This document shows positions 17,408 to 27,261 of a stretch of DNA of 37,681 nucleotides, piece by piece; positions within the stretch are counted from its first letter, which is position 1, and every line of letters begins with the position of its first letter. The stretch is from contig JAHLWZ010000698.1 in NCBI GenBank assembly GCA_020536535.1, positions 1 through 37,681 of the forward strand, in the 5' to 3' direction. The notes below the pieces were generated by a model. That model had not been told where the DNA came from, did no database searches, and worked only from the letters and a program-made list of their open reading frames with translations. Origin of the DNA: Pelomyxa schiedti. Taxonomy: Eukaryota > Protista > Evosea. A program made the position numbers and the translations under genes.

Positions 17408-20400
17408 TTAATTTTCAAATTGTATTGCCGGGTCCTCGCTCATTTTAGCAGCCACCCTCTCGGGGTTATAGAATCCCTCATCATAAGATAATGCAGTGTC
17501 AAACTCATGCACAACCACAGTTGCATCAGTAAGTAATGGCCTGGGCCTGTGTACAATGACACGAGGGGGCAGTGCGAACTGGTGTGTTATGGCCGCAGCT
17601 ATCTGGTCAGCTTTGTTTGTTTGTCCCACTCTCCACACTACACAAACCACTATTCCAGTAATGCGGCAGTAGGAGAGTCCTAACCTCCTCCGCAGTCCAA
17701 TGACCACAATAGGCCGGGAGTTGCTGTGCCGGTGGAATGTGGATATGGAACAGTCAATCACAGCTTCTGAATCGGAGGTGTTCCGCACAACAGCTATCAG
17801 AGGGTCTATGGCCGGTGCATGCCGGAACCTGGTGTTGCTTTGCAGTGGTTTCCTGGCTAGTGCGGTGGTGACTGTGCAGGAGTGGGTGGTGATTTCGCTT
17901 TGTAAGTATCTTGCGGAGGTTCCGGTGAGTTCGGGTAGCAAGTAGGGAGGGGCGTAGAGGATGAGGGAACCAACGATAATGGAAATCACTACCCTGATGG
18001 GTGTTGATATACACCCTTTCAGTGTAGTGGAGATTGTATTGTAATGGTGCAAGGCTGTCTCGGTGCTTACAACGGCATGCCGGGTAAGAGATAAAACGCA
18101 GATGAAAGCAACGCCAAAGCAGATTATCGTTGCAACCAGTGAAGAACGACCAAAAAATGTACCGAGAGAGCCCAAGGACCAGCAGAGCCAAGTAACGATA
18201 CCAAGAAATACGGCACAGAGTAAGGCGTTCCGAGTCACACCTAAAATGGCCGACGGCGCATTTTGGAGCATTACTTGCTGCTTAATACTTGAAAGTCTTG
18301 ACATCTGAATTTGTTAGTGATTCCTAGGCTAGAATTCGAAGTTACCAACTTTGACCTGCAATCAGATTTACTAGGTCCCCGCACAAGCTCTTCAAATTCC
18401 TTTAACAACTCTTGGCTCTCCACCTCAACGGCAATGATAGATGGTTTATTGATGGAAATGTAATCGTTCAGCCTTGTCACAGTGGTTTCTACGTGCTGTG
18501 TGCAACATTCAAGGGACTTGAACGAATTAGTTTGCCTTATGCCATTGTATAAGGTATCCATTTCTCCCTAAGGAAGCTATTGTTACCGATTGAGTGTGGA
18601 CAGTTGGAAAAATACCCTGAGTCTGGATTGGTACAGGCTTCTTGTGTAAGAATTGACGCCTCCCACCATAACTTGGTCAAAAAATTGCATAACCTCTGAT
18701 ACAACAAGCATATGCTGTTGATAAAGGTCAGCTTCGTCCAATGGAAGGCCAGTCTCACTCATTTTAGTGGAATACTTTTGAGAGCATCTGTACCAGTATA
18801 AGATAGTAATACAAGCTTCAATTTGGAATTACTGCTCAACACTGTCAGATGCTAACTTTTCAATTAATAGATTCCCCAAAAAGGCTTCTCCTTTGTTGAT
18901 AGATGGAAGCAGTTCTTTCGCGAAAGTGGCAAGTTCTGATTCAAATGTTGTGTTATATATTGCTTGGTAGTTGTGGTATACTTTCACCCGTCAGTGGACC
19001 ACTTGAGCCAATTTGTTTTGGTTTGGCTGACAACAGCACACTCCTCAGTTCAGCCATTTTCTGTCGGAACTCGGGATTGAGCGCTTGAATATCAGTACTA
19101 GGAACAGATGGCCAATCATTGTAGTCTGGAAGAGCTGGAGGAGCTAATATAAGGCTATGCACATGAAACGCAGATTTCACTGCCCTAGCAGTTTCATTGA
19201 AGTAAAATATCTTTAATCAGCTGTTACAACTGTAACTCATTTAAGGTCCATACCTCCTTTCTGTCTAGAGGGTTTGGTTTCTCTGCAAGGATATTTTCCA
19301 TGAGGAGCTGAAATAAGGTTGTTTAAGGAAACCAGAAAAAAAAATGTCAAACAAACCTGATGTGTTGAGGCATATTCATTTTTAAGGGCACTTCTTTGTA
19401 TGAGCCAAGTTAACGGCGGGAGTTCTACACTCTCCACCAATTCATCCTTCTTTTCTTATGGTTACTTCAGTATTAGGAAAGGGATCCAACTTTCAACATC
19501 TCTGCAAGACCAACGATGCTGTATAATCTTGACACATCGTCCTGGTAGGCATATTCACTAAGGTGGTAAACAAGCTGCGATGAAACCATCGCGGCAAACA
19601 GTGTCATTGCTTTGTCGTACAGGGCAGGTGCAGTTCCAAGACCTTGGTCAAAAATTGGATTTCCGAGACAGAAAAGATGAAAACCTTCTGTATCCAAAAA
19701 GAGTACAGTCACGCCTGTCTCAGGAACGTAGATTGGTGTTCCCCAGAGCTGAGCACCCTTTGTCTTTGGTGAAAAGCTATGTCCGACGGGGAAGCCAGCA
19801 GAAGAGGGGATTCCCAGGAGATGGTTCAAGGAGTAAGATTTGCCTGATCTGTTCTTGTCAGATGTTACCAGAAAAGACCATGTTTCAACAGAGGTCCCCC
19901 CCATTGAATCCCACGTCAAAGTCATTTAGGGGCTGTGCACGTGCGTTTCCATGGGAGGGCCCTTGTAAATACCTTGCACGCCCAATGAAGGCTACGATAG
20001 CCACAGGGCCCTTTATCGACCACAGCATTTCGAATCCATCTTCCACGGGCAGTAAATTGACATTGTCCTCGTCTGGCTGTAGCAAGGGAACAGTGTGGTC
20101 ACACCACCCCGCCACTCTCCCTGCCTGTTGAATGTTATTTGTTGTTTGTTGTAGTTGTTGTGACCACCAGATAAGGTATTATATTGATATGGTCCACTGA
20201 GAAATACAATGTTCCAACAACACCACCAACAACAACAAAACTGCAGTAGCAGCGCATCACACAAAAACAATCAACAAACCACAGCCAGAGGACTCGTCAC
20301 GCACACACACGCGCACGCACACGCGCACACGCTCGTACCCCCAATGAGCCATCGGCTGTATCGGCAATGCACCGTCCCCCTGGTGTCATGCACTCGGAAT

Positions 20401-20740
20401 AATAATACCCCCCCCCTCCCGCCCCCACATTGGGATTCACGCACTTTGGCAAGCCCACCCCCGCCGCATCCGCCGCATCCGCACCCGCTCCCATAATTCC
20501 CCCGCCACAACCCAGACAACAACACCAGCACAACCACCAAATCGCCGCCGCCTGCGCCACCGACCAAGACGACCGGGCTATCGTCGTGCCAACAAAACTA
20601 AAACCGCCGCCCGCCCAGTTGCTCTTTGCCGTTTTGCGCGAGAGCGAAGACCACGATGCACGATCGCCTTGGTGGCACGACGGCCCACTCGCTAGGCCCA
20701 ACTCGGCTGCCGATACACAAGTCGCCGTCGCGTGCCGCAT
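17408..20740 (-). CDS. Guanylate-binding protein / atlastin-family large GTPase with N-terminal hydrophobic segment and C-terminal transmembrane helices
   Basis: After splicing: G1 VAIVAFIGRARSGKSYSLNHL, G2 KTKGAQLW, G3 LFLDTEGL, SSQLVY. A helical region then splices in frame into the 17408-18304 exon, which has three hydrophobic segments. Start codon is inferred. Confidence 0.85.
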
Positions 20741-21288
20741 CACTTTCTCTCCTTTTCTGTTGCTGCTCAACAGAAATCGGCTTTTTTTCACCCACAAGTA
20801 CGGTTCGGGGCGGAAATCGGCATGGAATACGGGACGAAAAACCCCGCTATTCAGGGGGGTGATCAGAATCGGTACCGGAGGTGGGCACAACGTGTACATC
20901 AATCTATGAGTGGAAATCCTTTCCCGGTAACCGGTCTCACAAAAAACGGGCGCAGACCAAGTCGCTCGGAGGCGAGTTCCCCACGTCCATGCTTTCCCGT
21001 GGGTCAAATCCCCTGATCACCAGGCCCCATTTTTTTTTTTTTACGTCTTTGTTCCTTTTTCTTAGAGGGACTGGCATAGTCGTTTTTCCCCAAACACCAG
21101 AACCAGTGACCAGTAGTGGTGGGCTGTAGGGATGAAGGGTGTAATCTGCGAACCGATTGTGTGAAAGCACCGAGCTTGATCCCACTCGAGTTGCATTTAA
21201 TCACTATCCGCAAACAACGGTTCATCAGCATCGAAGTACGACGGGGATCTAATAGATCCCATACGACAATAACAAACAATCGAGCAAC

Positions 21289-23073
21289 ATGTCGGAACAA
21301 CATCAACTGCTTGTAGATGACACGGACACCGTCAAGAAATCGAGTAAGTATCGTTTCTTAACTTGTTGTTGCTACCATTGTTTTCCTTACCTTTTTTTTA
21401 ATACTTTTTGTTCATTAGAATGTTCACCACAATGTGGACGAGGGGCCATGATTGCTGTTGTTAGCGTGATTGGAGTACTCGCTGTTGCCCTGCTAGGTTA
21501 TTCCCCTGCCGTGTTTTTGGACTTTGTAACATGAGAAATTTAGTGGGTGGAGTTCTGTTCTTTGCCAAAAATAAAAATGATGATAACAGTAAACCTCTCA
21601 CTATTTACTTCTTCAATGTTGGCCAAGGAGATTCTCAGTTAATTGGTGTGGCTTTTCCACCAATTCACCGTAATCACATTTCTCAACTCCCACAACAGTA
21701 TTTCCAAGTGGCTACAGTGTGCTGATTGATTGCATGGAGTCCACAACTACAAGTAACGCCACAGCTGCTCTCATAGCGAAGAAGATAAGAAATATAACCA
21801 ACAGTTCATATGTTGATGTCGGAATGATATCGCACATCCACACTGACCACATTGGGATGCCATTCCGGTGAGTTCCAATACTTGGATGAAGTTTTATGAC
21901 TTACATCTAAATATGTAGTGGAGGAGTTTGGTCACTTGTCGAACAACAAGGCATCTCATTTGGAAAAATAATTGACCGCGATGCTGCAAATTGGACCGGT
22001 AATTAATTCTTTTATAATACATCTAACCGGTCAAACAACAGACTTTAACTCCGATGGAAAATGCAACAGCTCCGAGCTTGTCTACAAGTATGCAGGTGGT
22101 GTTGGAACAACATGCACAAATTGGGTCTGCTACATTGGAAATCCCGCCTATACCAAGGTATCTTGCACTTATTTTTTCATCCCACTTTCATACACCCTTC
22201 TTTTTTTTCTAGGCATACTCAGTGAGAGAACCAGCAAACCTTTGTTCCACAACGCAAATAGACCCGCCTGATGAAGATACTATTGTCACTATCACTGCGG
22301 CCGATGCAATTGGAGCATTTATGCTCAATGGAGAACCAGTTGCTGCCAATCACGTGGGAGAGAAGTGAGTCCTTCAAATCAAACCCTCCCTTTCACCCCC
22401 TCCCCCGTTAATGACTTTTTTACGTTTTCTTCAAAATAGTGATGCACCCAGTGAAAATGACTACTCCCTTGGAATTCTCATTCAATTTGGAAAGTTGTTG
22501 TATTCTACAACAGGGGACTTGTCTGGCGAATACTATGGCAGCTACAATAGTGCGCCACTCTAAACTGTAGTAACTTCCACTAACTAGATTGGCTTTAGAT
22601 GTGGAAAACTACACTTATCCTCGGATCGGCTCCGTTGATGTCATGAAGGTGAATCACCATGGGTCTAGTCACTCTACATCAGATGCTTGGGTCAACGCAC
22701 TTTCTCCAACAGTGCGAAACTCTCAGAACCTCTTTGAGTGGCTAAAGCGCGACAGGTTTCCTTGATAAGCGTAGGAGCAACCAATACATATAGCCACCCA
22801 GCCCAAGCTATATTGGACAAGCTCCAAGCGGCCGGCAGTGATGTCTACACAACTCAAAAAGGAAACCCGGTGTGCCTTTTATAAAATAAAAATACAAAAA
22901 CTCTACCTCCCACTGACTCTGCACAGACCGCGAACTATGGCAACACCACAGTGGCCAACAGTGATATCATAATCACTAGCTACGATGGGGAAACCTTCAC
23001 AGTCCAAGCCGGAAATATCACTAGAACGTATTCCTCCAAGAAAAACAACAAACCCCCAACATGCAAAACGTAA
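21289..23073 (+). CDS. ComEC/Rec2-type metallo-beta-lactamase-fold hydrolase, predicted type II membrane protein
   Basis: Spliced motifs: LTIYFFNVGQGDSQLI, SHIHTDHIG (HxHxDH), SENDYS, TGDL, DVMKVNHHGSSHS, ISVGATNTYSHP. N-terminal TM AMIAVVSVIGVLAVALLVGGVLFFA. Stop TAA 23071-23073. Confidence 0.88.
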
Positions 23074-24209
23074 ATCGAACAACAAAAACTCACTGTTTCA
23101 TTCTTGTTGTAAAAATGCATTACGGTATGAAAGTCGGTGTTGTTCCAGGCCATGTTGTTAGGTTGGTTAAAGTTCATGTCTGTACATGTCCAATGTGGTG
23201 TGTGCGGAGCAAGGAAGTGTAGGTGAGTGCTTGCATTTGTACCGTTTTGGCGATGGGGGGTTTCATTGATGAGTTTGTTTCTGGTATTTCTTTGCTCGGT
23301 TGGGGTGTCTTCACCGTATATCCGCCATCTCAGTCCACAGGCATTGCAAAGGCTGAGGAGATGTTAGTTTTGTGTAATGGATGGAGGGGGCATACGTGGC
23401 TGAACCATCGGGACCTTGCCGCCATTGGGGTGAGGAATGAGTTCCACACCATTGACAGGGCACTTTGGAGATAAGCTTGGGTTTGGAGTCTCTTGGCCTG
23501 CGATTTCTCTTTGGGGTGTCTGATTTCTTGAGTTCCCGTTTCGGATCCACATGCACACCTTCCTCTTTATCCAACAGCTGACAGATGGGGGTGCGACTCA
23601 CACATAGCTTCATCCTGGATTGCGAGCGTGTGTGCGGGCGTCTTGAATTTAATCCAGACACAGGTTCGACCTCAGACTCCGTCTCAGTCTCAGTTTCTGT
23701 TTCAGTTCCCGTTTCGTCGCCGTCAACAGCCACATTACTGTTACCATACCCTGACTGTATTAATTAGTTGGGTAATATCTAATAAGTAAGTAAGGATGTG
23801 CACATACAGACGTGATACTATCTTGATTTTGGCGTTGAGCGTTGTTGTTCCTAATGCACGCCATTGTTCTCGCCGCAGCAGTGGTAATCGTCAATGTTCT
23901 TCCTCCACGACAAGCAGAGCACGAGACCCCGTGGGGTGCTGCTGCTGCTGCATCAACGCACGCATGCACAGCCACATAAACTGTCACTGGAGCTTGAGAT
24001 CTGCACGCGTCGTTCGCGGCCTTTCGAGATGTGTCGGAAACAGTGCATCGTTCGCGGTTGTCAGTGTGATAGTCATTCGTGAGATCCGCATAATGGCGCT
24101 GTGGAGGAACGCGGGGAGCCGAAGAGTCGATACGGGAGCTTAGATCCATGGTGCTGCTAGGTGACCTAAATTTTAAAATAATGTCCTTCGGCAGCTGGAA
24201 GGAAGTCAT
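22980..24209 (-). CDS. GATA-type zinc finger transcription factor (C-x2-C-x18-C-x2-C)
   Basis: CQWCGTHSSPQWRQGPDGSAT|LCNACGLRWR joined across a GTATGC...CAG intron. The upstream exon 24209-~23810 joins in phase 0. The 3' end is uncertain: 22980 in this copy's frame, 23167 in the frame of the second copy. Confidence 0.82.
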
Positions 24210-24542
24210 GTGTCATTCATCGACACTACTCCCCTGCCTCCATCCTTCATATACCCCTCTTTCCAGATGTTGTAATAAAAAGCGTGCGAGCACGTGCACC
24301 TCTCCCTCTTAAAACGGGGCAAAACATAATCAGGTTTCTTTTCGCCACAGGGCAGAGAGGGAGCAAGAAGAGTGGAATGAGAAGAGACCAGATGTGGACG
24401 AGGGAACAACTCTGGAGTAAGTAGTATCCCACAGAGTTCTCCAAGAGAGATTGGCAGCACTGCCAATCAATCTGTTGTCAGTTGCAAGGGCTTGATTGCC
24501 TTGTTTTTATTTCATTTTCTTGTCTTTGGATCGTAGGGAGGC

Positions 24543-26786
24543 ATGGCTCAGATGGACGGCGGAAATGCGACAGAGCCACATGAGATCATGTGTTGTATGT
24601 GCGGGGTGTTGATACCACCAAACCCCGCCTCGATGTGCGTCAACTGCGTCAGGACTCAGGTATCATTCCCCTTTGCTCTGTGCGTTTTAACTGTGCGATT
24701 CTCAACTCATGGTTTTTTTTTCTTGTTTGGATTAGGTTGACATAACAGACGGAATTCCGAAGCAAATACCTATACAGGTGTTGTTATTTGACTTTTAACA
24801 TTGTGGGGTTTTAACGTTTCATCAGTGGTGCAAAGGTTGCAACAGATTTCAGCACGGAAACGTGTGGGTGCACTGCGAACCAGAGTCCCGAGAGCTACTG
24901 AGCATGCTGGTGAAAAAAGTGCGAGGGTTGAACAAGGTGACACTTGTTGATGCCGGTTTCGTGTGGACTGAACCTCACTCAAGAAGGTTTATTGGCAATT
25001 TGTTTCTTTCGTTTGTTAATACTTTCAGGATCAAAATCAAGCTGACAATACAAAAAGAAGTATTTGTTTCAACAATATTACAACAGGTTCTTTCTCTAGC
25101 CCCTATTCCATGTTTCCAAGAGCATTCCAGGTTTTTATAGTTGAGTTCAGCCAACAGAATCAATTTTGTGGTACCTTATTTCGAAATCACTTATTCATAT
25201 AGAATTAAATTCAATTCACAGAACTGTGCCACAAAGCCATGACTGCACACACTTGGACCTCATCTGTACAGCTACGGCAACACGTTGGCCACAAGAGAAC
25301 GATTTATTTTTTGGAACAGGTAAATAACTTTTCTTACTGAAGCCACACTGACATAATTATCAGGTTATCCTAAAAAACTCTGCGCATCAAAATATCATTG
25401 GCTTGAAAGAACTACCTGATGGACTGGACTTTTTCTTCAGTACACAGTCGCATGCAAAGAAATTTAATGAGTACATTCAAGCCGTTTCACCAACAAGGTT
25501 GTCGTCATACTGGAACTGCTCATTTCTAATGTATTGTAAAGATTCCAGCAGGCAAAGCAACTCATTTCCAAGGACGAGCACAGTAACACCTACAACTATC
25601 ACTACACCTGGTCTGTAGAAGTTGTTCCAATTTGCAGGGAGGATCTTGTTTGCCTGCCACTGCGAGTGTACACTGCCCTGGGTGGTAGTGTTGGACCTCT
25701 CTGTCTCTGCCACAAAGTTAGTACTTACTCTTGGTATGAAGTTTCTAATGTTACAAGGTAACCAGCACAATTCATGTCCTTGACCCGACAACTCTCAAAC
25801 ATGCCGAGATATCAGCAGCAGGATATTGGTCGGCCCCATTCCGTGCGTTGGGAAATGCCAAACAACTCGTAGAATTCACGGTCATGGACATCAACCCCAT
25901 TCGCTGTCAAAACTACGGCAAGTACTCACTTGCCGAAGCAGAGGTAATTTGCATCTCTCCAAAGTGAGGTCTTTACTTACAGACATAAGGTTATCAAGAC
26001 TTCCGAGCTTGGCCACGGGGCACCCATATTCTGCCGAACGCACCTCGGTTCGATTCTAAAATCGGGAGACACTGTTCTGGGGTACTACATCCCGAACATC
26101 AATTGGAATGATGACGACGCAGCGGCCCTCAAAGGAAGACAAGTGGCTGATGTTGTCTTAGTGAAGAAGAGCTTCCAAAGACGAGCCGGAAGGAAAAACA
26201 AACAAAGGATTTGGGAGCTACAGAGGCTTGCAAGGTACTACGAATTTATATTGTTACCCGTACCCTAATGAATGCACACAGGGAAGACCAAGAAGAAGAC
26301 CATCAACCCAGCCGGAAAGAGCAAGAGGAAGCACGCCGAGCCGAAGAAGACTACGAAGGCCTACTCAGAGACCTCGAAGAAGACCCCGAGCTCAGAGCCA
26401 GTGTCAACATGTACAAGGTTGCCGGAGCCGAGGAGATGATCAGGAAAGTAGCGGCCAGAGCAGGGAGAGGAGCCCCAAAGCCAACCGGTGCCGGCGATGA
26501 TGACATGGAAGGCGAGGAGGCTGAGGCAGAAGAAGAAGGAGGAGAAGGAGAAGGAGAAGAGGTTGATGAGGATGCAGAGGGTGCAGAGGGTGATGGTGAT
26601 GAGGAAGGGGAAGCTGGTGAAGATGCGGAACTCGGCAGTTCTGAGGACGAAGGTGACTATGATGTGGCGCTTCCCGAGATACAACTGTCTGAGCTACTGG
26701 AGCCCCTGCAAAAGCTGAACCTCACAGCATCAAACACAACTACACCCACAACAAGCACAGCAACACCCAACAATGGGGGCCTATGA
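24543..26786 (+). CDS. NMD3: 60S ribosomal export adaptor NMD3, multi-exon
   Basis: CCMCGVLIPPNPASMCVNCVRTQ|VDITDGIPKQ, ESRELLSM...LVDAGFVWTEPHSRRIKIKLTIQKE, VQLRQHVGHKRTIYFLEQ, DGLDFFF, RTHLG, DLEEDPELR, C-terminal NES-like IQLSELLEPLQKLNL. Confidence 0.95.
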
Positions 26787-27261
26787 AAACCCAAAACCCA
26801 TGTTTCCTCCTTAAATCCTTTAGGTTTTGGCAAGTTACTGCACAAAAGAGATGGTTGTTGTGGTTCATACCAGCCGAAGGTTCTATCTGATAGAACTCTG
26901 AGAATCAATCATCAAGGGACAAGAAGAAGAGCTAACAATCAACAAGAAGAGAAAAGAGGGACTCGGGGGACAGACCCCGGTCCGTCGTCACTAGCATATC
27001 ATCTATCCCATAACACCGTCTTGTCCGTCGGTGGTGCGTGTGATGTGAGAGGAGGGGCTCACCCCCAAATAGTCCCATCATTTTGATATCACTCCGTTGT
27101 TTGGAGTCCCCTCTCTTGTGTTGGTATGTATGTAAACTGGTTGTTGTGTGTTGGTGTTTATCTATCTATGTGTGTATACGAACTTATTATGCATTTGTTT
27201 ACTTTGTTATGTTAGTTTACACATATACCGAATCCGTTATCTAACTGGCAACAAGAAGTGC

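Noticed and set aside
21244-21260. Small hairpin GGGATCT-AAT-AGATCCC upstream of the hydrolase ATG
   Set aside because: A 7-8 bp stem is expected by chance in 37 kb, and there is no other support.
22158-22212. GTATCTT donor in the hydrolase gene (and GTATCT donors in RPC1/MRE11) as further U12 introns
   Set aside because: The donors deviate from GTATCCTT and no U12-like branch point is present.
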